A stretch of DNA of 64,000 bases from an uncultured Candidatus Binatia bacterium (GTDB lineage Bacteria; Desulfobacterota; Binatia; UBA9968; CAXXLF01), in assembly GCA_965218425.1 (NCBI GenBank), contig OZ244621.1, positions 3,424,001 to 3,488,000 on the forward strand, given 5' to 3'. The notes beneath the pieces were generated by a model that saw only the letters and a list, made by a program, of their open reading frames with translations, did no database searches and was not told the origin of the DNA. A program made the position numbers and the translations under genes. Shown piece by piece: positions 30,239 to 40,738 of this stretch (the stretch's first letter is position 1; every line of letters begins with the position of its first letter).

Positions 30239-31300
30239 TTATCTAGGGGCCTGATACCCCAGGCGCTGATAGGCCTTTAAGACGTCCGGTTTCCAGTCCG
30301 TGTAGATTTGGACCGCTTCCTCCACCTCCGCAGCCGAAAACACGCCTTGGTAGGGCTTGATCCCCACCTGAATTTCCCATGCCTTTTGGAACTTTGGATC
30401 TTTGCCCATTTTCAGTAGCGCCTGTTCGACGATCTTCCTAATGCGGTCCGGCGTGCCTGGAGGGAATGCAAAGGCACCGCCTAACTTATCCGTGGTGTTT
30501 AACTTACGTATGATATCGCGGTGAAGATCCGTCTTGGCGAATTTCATGACAGAAACCGTATTGGCAAAGACGGGATGGTCTATGGGAGGCAGATCTTCCG
30601 GCATGGTGGTGGCGACAGGAGCGTAGATTTGTCGTTTTTCGAACCAGTCTGGCCGATCCCTCATGGCGCTGGCGGCGTCGTTGTAGCCGCCGTCAATTTC
30701 GCCACGCTCCACGGCGATGTACCGTCCGGGTGAAGAGTAGCCCAGAACCCAGCGAATCTTCAAGCCTAAAATTTCACCGGTAATCCGGCCGTTCAAATAA
30801 ACACGGTGGCCAAGACGGTGTGCCCCCAGGGCCATTTCACGTGACCTCAAGTCTTCCAGAGATTTGAAACCTGCCTGAGTGTGGAGCAAGAGAGTCTGGC
30901 GGTTCTTCCCCGTACCGATTGACCCGATATACATATACTTCTGTGGATCATAGTTAGCCCCAGGTGTGCCGAAATAGGGTGCTTCCGTGGCAGTGGAGGT
31001 GATGACACCCATGACGGAGCCATCGGGTCTCCCGTTAAATATCTTTAACTGGGAGGGGACCTCCTTGCCGCCGGGAATGTTTTGCACCAGTATCGTCGGG
31101 TTTCCCGGTATATACTTGGTAAGGAACTTGGCCGTAGTCCGAGTAATCCGATCCCTCCGGCCTCCCGGTTGGGTGCCTACGATCAAAGTGATCGTCTTAC
31201 CCTTGAAGTAGGGCTCGGCATATATCGAATCCGGAGTGGTTACTGGCCCCAAGAGCATCACCAATCCGGCAAGAAAAACTAGCACCAATCTTCTTCGCAT
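30239..31300 (-). CDS. tctC: TctC/Bug-family substrate-binding protein, copy 3
   Basis: YFKGKTITLIVGTQPGG, QNIPGG, AVERGEIDG, FPPGTP. Confidence 0.82.
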   Translation of the reverse strand: MRRRLVLVFLAGLVMLLGPVTTPDSIYAEPYFKGKTITLIVGTQPGGRRDRITRTTAKFLTKYIPGNPTILVQNIPGGKEVPSQLKIFNGRPDGSVMGVITSTATEAPYFGTPGANYDPQKYMYIGSIGTGKNRQTLLLHTQAGFKSLEDLRSREMALGAHRLGHRVYLNGRITGEILGLKIRWVLGYSSPGRYIAVERGEIDGGYNDAASAMRDRPDWFEKRQIYAPVATTMPEDLPPIDHPVFANTVSVMKFAKTDLHRDIIRKLNTTDKLGGAFAFPPGTPDRIRKIVEQALLKMGKDPKFQKAWEIQVGIKPYQGVFSAAEVEEAVQIYTDWKPDVLKAYQRLGYQAPR

Positions 31301-31320
31301 AGTCCACGTTCTCCTGAATG

Positions 31321-32368
31321 TTATGTCGGCGGTTCATAGCCCAAGCGCTGATAGGCTTTTAAAACATCTGGTTTCCAGTCCGTGTAGAATTTAACTGCGT
31401 CTTGAACCTGTGCGAAGCTGAGAAAATACCTGGAAAGGGTTTTATGCCCACCTCGATTTCCCATGCCTTGATAAATTTCAGATCCTTACCCATGTTTTGC
31501 ATGGCCTGCTCTCCGATTCTCCTGATGCGGTCTGGTGTGCCTGGTGGGAAGGCAAACGCATACCCTAACTGGCCCGTGATATTAAGCTTTTGAATGATGT
31601 TGCGGCGGAGGTCCGTCTTGGCGAATTGCATGAGGGAAGGTGTGTTCGCGAAGATTGGGTGATCCAAGGGAGGCATGTCTTTCGGCGACGTCACCGCGAT
31701 ATTGGCGACGATGAGACGTTCATCGAACCGGTCCCGCCGCTCCCTGTAGGCACTGGCAGCATCGTTGCAACCTCCGTCTATCTCGCCACGATCCACGGCG
31801 ATATACCGGCTAGGTGAGGAGTAGCCGAGCACCCAGCGAATCTTCAGGCCCAGGACTTCGCCGATCAAGCGGCAGGTCATGTATACACGATGACCAATCC
31901 GGTGGGCACCCAGGGCCACTTCACATGACTTCAATTCCTCCAGGGAGTTGAACCTCGCTTGTTTATGGGTGAAGAGGGTCTGGCGAAAGCTGCCGGTGCC
32001 GGCTGGTCCTATATCCATGTACTTGTTGGGATCATAGTGAGCGCCGGGCGTGCCAAAATAGGGAACCTCTGCGGCATTGGAGTTTACTACACCCAGAATT
32101 GAAGGTCGGGTCTCCCCTTAAAAATTTTTAACTGCGAAGGTATTTCTTTACCACCTGGAATATTCTGGACTATAACGTTGGGCTTTCCCGGGATGTGCTT
32201 GGAAAGGAATCTGGCCGTGAGCCGGGTGACCCGGTCCCGGCGCCCGCCCGGTTGGCTCCCTAAGACTAATGTAATGGACCTGCCCTCGAAGTAATCTTTA
32301 GCCTGGGTCGGACTGGATGTCAGAACAACGGCCAACGATAGCAAAGCTAGCATGGCTATTCGGTTCAT
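31321..32368 (-). pseudogene. tctC: TctC/Bug-family protein, copy 4, two frameshifts
   Basis: Frame break at about 32103 (GRPD|SILGVVNSNAAEVPYFG) and a 2-bp insertion at 31414-31415; corrected C-terminus AVKFYTDWKPDVLKAYQRLGYEPPT* matches copy 3. Confidence 0.85.
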
Positions 32369-32565
32369 AAACCGTCGTTACACAAAAGTTTATAATAGCA
32401 CATAGATAAAAGGATTCCGTTGTTGATGTCAAGGGTTCAGTGGAGTTGGCGCAAGTCCTGGACTAACTTCAAGTGTAAATTGAGGTTTATTATGCAGATA
32501 GCTATTATTTAACGAATTATTCGTGGAATTGATTTAGCGAGTTAATTGAATGAATCAGTCCGTGC

Positions 32566-33336
32566 CTATCTCGGTGGACGCGGGGAAGGCATGGCCCCTT
32601 GGAGCGATCCGCCGTCCGCCAGGATATCAGCGGCCGCGATGAAACTGGCGTCATCCGAGGCAAGAAAGGTGACAACGGCTGCGATGTCAGGCGGCATGCC
32701 CTGGCGTCCTACCAGGTTGGAGACCTCGCGGTTTCCGCCGGCAATAGTTTCTTGACCCACAGGCGATCCTACTCTGTTGGGAGTGACGGAGTTGACACGG
32801 ATTTTGTAAGGTGAAAGCTGGATTGCAAGGGATCGGGTGAAATTCAGCACGCCGCCTTTCGCCGCTGAGTAGGCTGTCGCGTCAGCTCGTCCCCGGTGAC
32901 CGGATGTTGATGCGATATTAATGATACTTCCTCCCCGTCCTTGCTCAACCATGCGCTTTGCGACGAACTTGCTGCACAGGAACTGGCTTTTCAACGTGAC
33001 TTTCATCACGAGATCCCATTCGTCCTCCTCCAACTCCAGAATAGGTTTATGATCTGTTACTGCGACATTGTTCACGAGTATGTCGATGCCGTTCCACTGA
33101 TTTACGACAGATGCCACCATTCGCTGTACATCGGTGCTGGCGGACATATCCGCCGCAATTGCCAGCGCGCTCCCTGGGTGAGCTCGATTAATGGCATCCG
33201 CCACAGCCTTGGCTGGTTCCTCACGGATATCAACAACGGCGACCCGAGCACCTTCGTTCGCAAACGAATGGGCGACAGCCTCACCGATGTTGCGCCCGGC
33301 TCCTGTAACAATTCCAACGCGGTTCTCTAGTCGCAT
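32566..33336 (-). CDS. Short-chain dehydrogenase/reductase (SDR)
   Basis: TGAGRNIG, LVNNVA, YSAAK catalytic motif. Confidence 0.92.
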   Translation of the reverse strand: MRLENRVGIVTGAGRNIGEAVAHSFANEGARVAVVDIREEPAKAVADAINRAHPGSALAIAADMSASTDVQRMVASVVNQWNGIDILVNNVAVTDHKPILELEEDEWDLVMKVTLKSQFLCSKFVAKRMVEQGRGGSIINIASTSGHRGRADATAYSAAKGGVLNFTRSLAIQLSPYKIRVNSVTPNRVGSPVGQETIAGGNREVSNLVGRQGMPPDIAAVVTFLASDDASFIAAADILADGGSLQGAMPSPRPPR

Positions 33337-33386
33337 AATTTAACCCCTCCATTATGAATAGTCATTCGTCACTGACGGTTTAGAAA

Positions 33387-34544
33387 CTATTTATTTTTCT
33401 TTCTTTCTCCTGCTTTCGCGATTGCCTGCCTTACCAGCTTCCAGTACCATTTCCGCACCGGCCTGGGATCAAGAAAACCCAGCACTGGGTACTTTTTCCC
33501 CTTCTCCCTTCGGTACGCCGCAATGACATTGTCGTTTGGTATATCCTCCCTCAGGGTTTGTGAACCGTTAAAGGCTATTGTATTCATGATCCTTTGCCAT
33601 TCCTTTTGACCATCACGAGACACGAACCAATTAATGAAAACCTTGGCGGCATTGGGGTGAGGAGCGTCTTTCACAAAGCCCATTACGCTACTGTTCCCAC
33701 TTGCGAGCGCGCCTGCCTCTTTTATCTGGTGGCCACGAACCGCCTCCACCGGGAGCCCGGCCTTCTGAGCCCGCTCAAGTCCCCTGCACATAAAGCATAG
33801 GGTATATTTTCCCCGAGCGAGCCAGTCGGTTGCCTGACGCCTACCCCGAGTTATGGTGAGGTCCATTTCCCCAAACAGTCGCTCCAGGTATTTTGGTCCG
33901 ACCAGGGGATTGTAATAGAGTCCCAGCATGGGAGTTGGGACCGTACCGCCACCGCCATAGCTGAAAAACCCGATATCTCCCCTATACTTGGGGTCGAGAA
34001 CATCCCAGTAAGACCGAATCGCCAGTTTCGGCATCTTTTTTGTGTTGTAGGCCATGCTTGCGCTTGCCGGGGTCCCTTCGTAGACGAACAGGAATTTTTT
34101 TTCTGGATCGCTCCAGATGTGTTTGCCCCCGTACCATTTGGATTGGTCTGTAACGTCCGGCAGGATCAAATGAGGGCGCAGAGGCTGCATAAAACCTGCT
34201 ATGTAAGCCTCTCGGACTACTGCAGGGCCAGACGAATAAACATCCGCAAGGTACTTGCGAGCTCTGCGTTCTGCAATGAGGCGATTGAGTTCTTGGGAAT
34301 GTCCAAGCACGGTGACCACTTTAATTTTAGGATAGCGCTTATTGAATGCCTGAATAATGGCCGGGTGGGTGACAGCCGGTTGTCCATAAGTATTGACCTG
34401 ACCTTCCTTGTTAGCCGCCTCGACAATTTTTTCCCATTTTGCCTTCCACGTGCCCCCCTCTTCTCCACGAGTCAGTGAACCAAGGGAAAAGACAAAAAAT
34501 AACGCGCCTATAACCCATATGGTAAATTTTATCCTTAGCATCAT
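33387..34544 (-). CDS. ABC substrate-binding protein, tandem copy A
   Basis: WEKIVEAANKEG, VLDPKYRG, APHPNAAKVFINWF; signal peptide. Confidence 0.87.
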   Translation of the reverse strand: MMLRIKFTIWVIGALFFVFSLGSLTRGEEGGTWKAKWEKIVEAANKEGQVNTYGQPAVTHPAIIQAFNKRYPKIKVVTVLGHSQELNRLIAERRARKYLADVYSSGPAVVREAYIAGFMQPLRPHLILPDVTDQSKWYGGKHIWSDPEKKFLFVYEGTPASASMAYNTKKMPKLAIRSYWDVLDPKYRGDIGFFSYGGGGTVPTPMLGLYYNPLVGPKYLERLFGEMDLTITRGRRQATDWLARGKYTLCFMCRGLERAQKAGLPVEAVRGHQIKEAGALASGNSSVMGFVKDAPHPNAAKVFINWFVSRDGQKEWQRIMNTIAFNGSQTLREDIPNDNVIAAYRREKGKKYPVLGFLDPRPVRKWYWKLVRQAIAKAGERKKNK

Positions 34545-34611
34545 ACCAGTCCCCCTTTTTCTCTTCTCACTGTCTGAGGATAGTGGATCGGCTTGTCAAC
34601 GATTGCCCCCT

Positions 34612-35769
34612 CTATTTTTGCTTCTTTGCTCTTTCTCCCTGCCTCGCGATAGCCTTCCTGACCAGCTTCCAGTACCATTTCGTCACCGGCCTGGGATCGA
34701 GGAAACCTAATACTGGGTACACTTTGCCCTTTGTCCTTCGGTATGGTGCGAGGACATTGTCGTTTGGGATGTCTTCCCTCAGGGTTTGTGAACCGATGAT
34801 GGCTTGTTCATTCATGACCCTTTGCCATTCTGTTTGACCGTCACGAGAAAAGAGCCAATTGAAAAAGACGATTGCCGCATTGGGGTGAGGAGCGTCTTTG
34901 ATAAAGCCAAGTTGGCTGCTGTTCCCACTTGCGAGGGCGCCTGACTCTTTTAATTGTTCGCCACGAATGGGCATCACTGGGAGCCCGGCTTTCTGAGCTA
35001 TCTCAAGTCCCCTGCACATAAAGCACAGGGTGTATTTCCCTCTGGCGAGCCAGTCGGTTGTCTGCCGCCGGCCACGGGATATAGTGAGTTCCATTTCCCC
35101 AAACAGTCGCTCCAGGTATTTCGGTCCAACCAGGGGATTGTAATAGAGTGCCAGCATGGGAGTTGGAACGATACCGCCACCGCCATAGCTGAAAAACCCG
35201 ATATCTCCCCTATACTTTGGGTCGAGAACATCCCAGTAAGACTTAATCGCCAGTTTCGGCATCTTTTTTGTGTTGTAGGCCATGCTTGCGCTTGCCGGGG
35301 TCCCTTCGTAAACGAAAAGATATTTCTTTTTCGGATCCCCCCAGATGTGTTTGCCCCCGTACCATTTGTTTTGGTCTATGACGTCCGGCAGGATCAAATG
35401 GGGTCGAAGCGGCTGCAAAAAACCATGGATGTAAGCCTGTCGGACTATTGCAGGGCCCGAAGCATAGACATCGGCGAGATACTTGCGCGCTCTGCGTTCT
35501 GCAACGAGGCGAAGAAATTCTTGGGTATGTCCACTCACGGTGACAATTTTGATTTTGGGATAGCGCTTATTGAATGCCTGAATAATTCCTGGGTGGGTGA
35601 CATCGGGCAGTCCCCAGGTATTGACTTGCCCTTCCTTATTCGCTGCCTCGACAATTTTTTCCCATTTTGCCTTCCAGCCGGTTTCCTCTCCTAGGACTGT
35701 GGAAGAAACAAAAAAGGTAAACACCAATATTCCCACTACTGACAGGATTGATTTCATTTTGTGAACCAT
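34612..35769 (-). CDS. ABC substrate-binding protein, tandem copy B
   Basis: Close paralogue of 33387-34544, also 385 aa. Confidence 0.87.
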   Translation of the reverse strand: MVHKMKSILSVVGILVFTFFVSSTVLGEETGWKAKWEKIVEAANKEGQVNTWGLPDVTHPGIIQAFNKRYPKIKIVTVSGHTQEFLRLVAERRARKYLADVYASGPAIVRQAYIHGFLQPLRPHLILPDVIDQNKWYGGKHIWGDPKKKYLFVYEGTPASASMAYNTKKMPKLAIKSYWDVLDPKYRGDIGFFSYGGGGIVPTPMLALYYNPLVGPKYLERLFGEMELTISRGRRQTTDWLARGKYTLCFMCRGLEIAQKAGLPVMPIRGEQLKESGALASGNSSQLGFIKDAPHPNAAIVFFNWLFSRDGQTEWQRVMNEQAIIGSQTLREDIPNDNVLAPYRRTKGKVYPVLGFLDPRPVTKWYWKLVRKAIARQGERAKKQK

Positions 35770-35844
35770 AGCTCTCTCCTTTGTTTGCTCATCCTCCGCG
35801 GATGAGGGTTGATTGCCTTGCCAACGACACTTTCACAAATCTCT

Positions 35845-36993
35845 CTACCTCTTTTTTCTTTTTTTTGCCTGTGACTCGTGCACCAGCCCCCAGTAAAATT
35901 TGAGGTGTGGTTTGGGATCAAGAAACCCCAGCTCTCGGTACTTTCTAGTTTTCGATCTGCGATAACCCTGTTGTACCGTGTCCTTGGGAATGTCGTTGCG
36001 AAAGGAGTCCGAACCGTCACCTACAATTTGGTTTAATACTCTTTGCCACGTGATCTGGCCTTCACGGGAAAGGAACCAATTGGCAAAGACGATTGCCGCA
36101 TTGGGGTTGGGAGCCTTATCGAGGTAGCCAATGATGCTGCTGTTCCCGGCTCCGATGGTACCGCCTTCCTTTATCTGGTCGCGCGGGAAGTCCTCTATTG
36201 GGAGTCCAGCCTTTTTAGCCTGCTCAACCCGCCTGCACATAAAACAAATGGTGAATTTGCCCCTGCCCAGGGAGTCCACCACCTGACGGGTGTCGCGATA
36301 CATGGTAACGTCCATTTCCGTAAAGAGTCGCTTGATAAACTTTTTACCAAGTTCCGGGTTGTATAGCATAACCAGCATCGGGGTTGGTATGGACGAGCCA
36401 CCTCCGTAACTGAACATCACGATCTTACCCCGCCACTTAGGGTCCAATACGTCCCAATAGGACTTGATCTGTTCCGGGTTTTTAAGATTATTTGTGTTAT
36501 AGGTCATGCTTGCGCTGCCCGGGGTACCCTCATAGGTGAAGAGGTACTTCTTTTCCGTACCACCCCAGAAGTAACTCCCCCTGTACCATTTTGACTGGTC
36601 TGCAACTTCCGGGAGTATTAGGTGGGGGCGAATGGGTTGCAGGTAACCCGCCTGATAGGTTGCGCGAAGTGTGCGAGGGCCATTAGAAATAAGATCCGCA
36701 AGGTATTTGCGCGCGCGCCGTTCTGCAACGAGCCGAGAAAGTAACTCGGAACGCCCGAATTGTGGAACAACTTTGATCCCAGGATAGCTTTTGTTGAAGA
36801 CCTTAATGACTTCTGGATGGGTCATGTCCGCTAGACCCCAAGTATAGACTTTACCTTCCTTATTTGCTGCCTCGACAATCTTGTCCCATTTTGCCTTCCA
36901 GTCAGCGCCTTCTCCTTGGATGGGTAAAGCAAGAGAGAAGAGAAGCGCTAACATTCCCAAACCCGACCGGGTTAGCATTCCTTTCCACTCCAT
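35845..36993 (-). CDS. ABC substrate-binding protein, tandem copy C
   Basis: Start MEWKG after AAGGAGG RBS; WDKIVEAANKEG, VLDPKWRGKI, APNPNAAIVFANWF. Confidence 0.87.
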   Translation of the reverse strand: MEWKGMLTRSGLGMLALLFSLALPIQGEGADWKAKWDKIVEAANKEGKVYTWGLADMTHPEVIKVFNKSYPGIKVVPQFGRSELLSRLVAERRARKYLADLISNGPRTLRATYQAGYLQPIRPHLILPEVADQSKWYRGSYFWGGTEKKYLFTYEGTPGSASMTYNTNNLKNPEQIKSYWDVLDPKWRGKIVMFSYGGGSSIPTPMLVMLYNPELGKKFIKRLFTEMDVTMYRDTRQVVDSLGRGKFTICFMCRRVEQAKKAGLPIEDFPRDQIKEGGTIGAGNSSIIGYLDKAPNPNAAIVFANWFLSREGQITWQRVLNQIVGDGSDSFRNDIPKDTVQQGYRRSKTRKYRELGFLDPKPHLKFYWGLVHESQAKKRKKR

Positions 36994-37105
36994 ATGGTTC
37001 CTCCTTTGCCGGAAAATAATGTAAGAGTCCTCTATAAACGAATCCTTCGGAAAAGCAAGTCTCCAAATCATGATTTCAAACAGGCGTTTGGCGATACTGA
37101 CCCCT

Positions 37106-38599
37106 CTAATCCCATGGGTTCTCTGTGGCGGCGTTCATGCCGGCAATCTTACCTCCGATAAAGCACTCGGCGTTGTTGCCTGCCAGCATGTATAGATGGC
37201 CAAAAATAGAACCCATCTCACCGGCGGCGTAGAGCCGGGGAATGGGTTGCCCGTAGGGGTCCATAACCTGCTGCTTGCCATTATGAACGGGCCCGCCCTG
37301 GGTATTGGTGATGATGGGCCAGATGGGGATAGTGTAAAATGGCGGTCGCTCGATGGAGACCATGGTACCGGAAGGGCGCCGAAAGTCGCGGTCCTGTCCT
37401 GCCCGACACTGATCGTTCCACCGGCCAATGGTCTCCCGCAGGATTTCAGGTTCAATATCCAGGTGCCGGGCCAATGCCTGGAGCGAATCAAACCGATGGA
37501 GGATCCGGGTGGCCACTTCCCTAAGGTTGTCCTCGCTCCACTCGAAGCTGAACCGGTCGTCGTTGATCTTGGGTTGTCCAATAGGGCCGAGTTTCCGGCC
37601 TTCCTCATCAAAGATCAGGTGGCTGGGAACTCGCGGGTAGTCCTGAATGTCGGCGTCGTAGAATTCCATGGCACGAATGGGCGTATCCTGTGGCGCCGGC
37701 GGATATTCGTTCATAAACCGCCTGCCAAATCGGTCCACGACAATCCAGGGCATCTTCCTGTCAGGCACACGGAAACCGGGGAAGGTGTGCCTCACCGCCA
37801 CCGGTAGCTCGGGGATGCGGAACCCGTAGCCCCCGTGGAGGTGCCACATATGCCACAGCGCCGCCCCCGCCTTCTGTGCCATGAGTATGCCGTCTCCGGT
37901 GTTGCCAAGGGGGCTCATGGAAATGGTGTTTCGGATCTGCAAGAAATGGGATTGCAACCGTGCATTATGCTCAAAGCCACCCGTGCAGAGGATAACCCCG
38001 CGCCGGGCCTTTACCGTGACCTCCCGGCCATCCATTTCTGCCAATACCCCTAGGGCTACACCATCCCCATTCGTTATCAGTTCTCGCACCGGGCTCTCGA
38101 AATGGACATCGATGGGCCGTCGTTTAACATGCTCCGCCACTACCCAGAATAGGGTTCCTCCAGCCTTCGTCCCCTTGGCCCAGGAAAAGCCCTTATAGGT
38201 CTCATTGCGACTTACGTTCATGGCAGCGATGGTGTCCGACCCGGGAAAAGGGTAGGTCCCGCCGCGTCTGTTCTCAGCCGTTTCGAATCCCAACTCGGCG
38301 GCCAGATGGGTCAACATGATCCGTAGATCCACCATGCCGTGGGCGAAGACCTTCAAAACATCATCGTCGGTGGCATCGAGACAGGTGCGACGCAAATACT
38401 CCAGTGCCAAATCCGCATTATCCGCCACCACCACCGAGCCGCCGGAGAGAATGGAGTTGCCGCCGAAGTGTGCGGTCTTTTCAAAGATCACTGTGCGTAC
38501 GCCGCCGGCATCGGCATAGAGAGCCGAGATGCCTCCGGCAAAGCCATAGCCGGCTACCACCACATCGTATTGCATGTCCCAGTGGGATGGCTCTTTCAT
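37106..38599 (-). CDS. FAD-dependent oxidoreductase (FAD_binding_2; fumarate reductase/3-ketosteroid dehydrogenase flavoprotein family)
   Basis: DVVVAGYGFAG, EK...GGNS.LSGG, VILCTGGF, NTGDG..MA..AGA, TQGG, IPRLYAAGE; start after AAGGAG. Confidence 0.85.
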   Translation of the reverse strand: MKEPSHWDMQYDVVVAGYGFAGGISALYADAGGVRTVIFEKTAHFGGNSILSGGSVVVADNADLALEYLRRTCLDATDDDVLKVFAHGMVDLRIMLTHLAAELGFETAENRRGGTYPFPGSDTIAAMNVSRNETYKGFSWAKGTKAGGTLFWVVAEHVKRRPIDVHFESPVRELITNGDGVALGVLAEMDGREVTVKARRGVILCTGGFEHNARLQSHFLQIRNTISMSPLGNTGDGILMAQKAGAALWHMWHLHGGYGFRIPELPVAVRHTFPGFRVPDRKMPWIVVDRFGRRFMNEYPPAPQDTPIRAMEFYDADIQDYPRVPSHLIFDEEGRKLGPIGQPKINDDRFSFEWSEDNLREVATRILHRFDSLQALARHLDIEPEILRETIGRWNDQCRAGQDRDFRRPSGTMVSIERPPFYTIPIWPIITNTQGGPVHNGKQQVMDPYGQPIPRLYAAGEMGSIFGHLYMLAGNNAECFIGGKIAGMNAATENPWD

Positions 38600-38930
38600 C
38601 GCAGTTCCTTCTCCTTGTTCAGGGCGGTGATCCGTCAACTCCGTCAAAGGAACCATGAAGTATCAAAGCCTCAAAGGAGTGTCAATTGCTCACTTTGCAA
38701 CCGGAGCAGATGCCCCGATTCTATGTCCATTACGGATAGTCAAATGAAGCTATGAAGTCATTTGCTAAATCCTCCAAGTGGTGTAGTATCGGGGAGTTGC
38801 TGACTTTGGACGAGATTATTCGGCTCGGAGAAACCTACAGACTTCACAGGGTTGAAGATGATAGGTTCATGATTTGAGCGATAGGAATTTTCCTGACTAT
38901 GGAAAGAAGGTTTGTTTAACTAGGAGGTCA

Positions 38931-40073
38931 ATGATGGAGAGAACAGTACAATCCAAATCAAGACAGTCCCAGGATGCTTCCGGCGGTGGCAGGGTTGTCG
39001 GCGAAAGGGTAGCTTCGAATTCTTTCATCCCAGAAGATGAAAAGGAGTACCATCAAACCCTGGAAGACGAGAACATCAATCCGCTTTGGTTGCGGCATAT
39101 GGCCCCTGCTAAGCGACCCAAGCTTCAGCCCTATGTCTGGCGCTGGGAGAAAATGCGTGAGCTCGCTTACCAGGCGGGTCAACTGGAGAGCCTGAAGGGC
39201 AAGGGGTTTCGCCGAGCACTCACCATGCGTAATCCCGGGCTCAAAAATCCCGATGCTGGGGCAACCAAGACCATGTCCGCGGCCATCCAAATCGTGTGGC
39301 CGGGAGAGATTGCGGAGGCCCACCGTCACACGGCTGCGGCCATTCGTTTTGTAATTGAAGGGAGTGGAGCGTTTACGGTGCAAGATGGCGAGAGTTTCCG
39401 GATGGAAGCGGGCGACCTTACATTGACCCCGAGCTGGGTCTGGCATGACCACAACAACCCCGAGGACAAACCGGTGATCTGGTTGGACTGTCTTGACGCT
39501 CCCATGGTGGGATTTTTTGATTCCATGTTCCAAGAGCCGTTCCCCGAAGAGATCCAGCCTGTCATAAAGCCGGTTGGCTACACCAATGCAGCTATCGGTA
39601 ATGGCCTCATGCGGGCTAATCTAAAGAATGTTGTGGGTGGCACCCTACCTATCAACTATAAATGGAGTGATGCCTACGGGGCGCTGCTGGGCTTCGGTGA
39701 GAAGGATCGTTTCGACGGCGTGATTATGGAATACGCCAATCCGGTCACGGGCGGCCACAGCATGCCCACATTGGGCCTGAAGCTGCAACGGCTGGAACCC
39801 GGGGCGCACACCGATGCGCACCGTCATACCTCCAGCGTGGTGTATCACGCGGCAAAGGGCTCCGGCTATTCTATCATCGATGGAAAGCGCCTGGACTGGT
39901 CCAAGGGGGACACCTTTGTTTTGCCCAGTTGGGCTTATCATGAGCATGGATGCAACTCGAAGGACGACGACGCCGTGCTGTTCTCCATGAGCGACCTTCC
40001 CGTGATCGAGGCCATGGGGCTTTACCGAGAGGAGGAGGGAGAGGGCCAGGAGGTTACAGGGACGATTGAGTAG
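38931..40073 (+). CDS. Gentisate 1,2-dioxygenase / 1-hydroxy-2-naphthoate dioxygenase family bicupin
   Basis: RRAL.MRNPG, PGEIAEAHRHTAAAIRFVIEG.GA, LTPSWVWHDH, WLDCLD.P, EYANPVTGG, HRHTSS; AGGAGG RBS. Confidence 0.9.
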   Translation: MMERTVQSKSRQSQDASGGGRVVGERVASNSFIPEDEKEYHQTLEDENINPLWLRHMAPAKRPKLQPYVWRWEKMRELAYQAGQLESLKGKGFRRALTMRNPGLKNPDAGATKTMSAAIQIVWPGEIAEAHRHTAAAIRFVIEGSGAFTVQDGESFRMEAGDLTLTPSWVWHDHNNPEDKPVIWLDCLDAPMVGFFDSMFQEPFPEEIQPVIKPVGYTNAAIGNGLMRANLKNVVGGTLPINYKWSDAYGALLGFGEKDRFDGVIMEYANPVTGGHSMPTLGLKLQRLEPGAHTDAHRHTSSVVYHAAKGSGYSIIDGKRLDWSKGDTFVLPSWAYHEHGCNSKDDDAVLFSMSDLPVIEAMGLYREEEGEGQEVTGTIE

Positions 40074-40090
40074 CGTGGGAGGAAAAATCC

Positions 40091-40738
40091 ATGGACAGCC
40101 GCGAATTTGCTACGGCAGTAGAGAAACGTGTAGCAGTATTCTGTGAGGCCTTGGACGACCGTCCCCCGGCATACAGCTATGTCCCGATTACCAACGACAC
40201 GATGCGCATAAAGGTCATGAGGAGCAGGCTCTTCAATGAAGTTCGTGCGGGAGAAATATTCGGCGGATGGCTCAAGGGTACCCCAGAAATTGATGTGAAA
40301 AAGACTCTTGCCGAATCGGTTCGCGAAGAATATGTCCATGCAGGTTTTCTTGAAGACGCACTTCGGAATAAAGGTGCGGAGCCTTATGACTATAAGCCCC
40401 TGCCGGCTCAAATGGCTATGTTCAACGCGTTCGAGGCGTTAACCGACACCGTAGAGCGGATCGCCGCCTTTCCTATGGCGGGTGAAGGAGTCGCCGACTA
40501 TTTGATTGCTTTGAGCCTCAAAGCAGGAACAGTGCCAAAATGGGTGACGGATCCTTACCAAAAAATTCATGAGGATGAAAAGGAACACGGCAACTATCCC
40601 TTTGAAATACTGGTTAAATACGGTACGACACCCGAAAAGCAGGAGAGAGTGACCCGGGCCGTGGAGATGAGTCTCATGTTGAGGCGTCAATACTTCGATA
40701 ATCTCGACCGCTGGGTTTATCAGGACAAAATTTTCTAG
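40091..40738 (+). CDS. Ferritin-like (diiron-carboxylate) domain protein
   Basis: Spacing NEVRAGE...EEYVH...GEG...DEKEH fits the E/ExxH/E/ExxH four-helix-bundle ligand pattern; GGGAGG RBS. Confidence 0.7.
   Translation: MDSREFATAVEKRVAVFCEALDDRPPAYSYVPITNDTMRIKVMRSRLFNEVRAGEIFGGWLKGTPEIDVKKTLAESVREEYVHAGFLEDALRNKGAEPYDYKPLPAQMAMFNAFEALTDTVERIAAFPMAGEGVADYLIALSLKAGTVPKWVTDPYQKIHEDEKEHGNYPFEILVKYGTTPEKQERVTRAVEMSLMLRRQYFDNLDRWVYQDKIF

Noticed and set aside
7686..38930. Extended N-termini in the ORF track (8810, 16662, 19956, 37071, 38656, 38874)
   Set aside because: The extensions overlap upstream genes or lack an RBS; downstream ATGs with an RBS, or directly after the upstream stop, match family N-termini.
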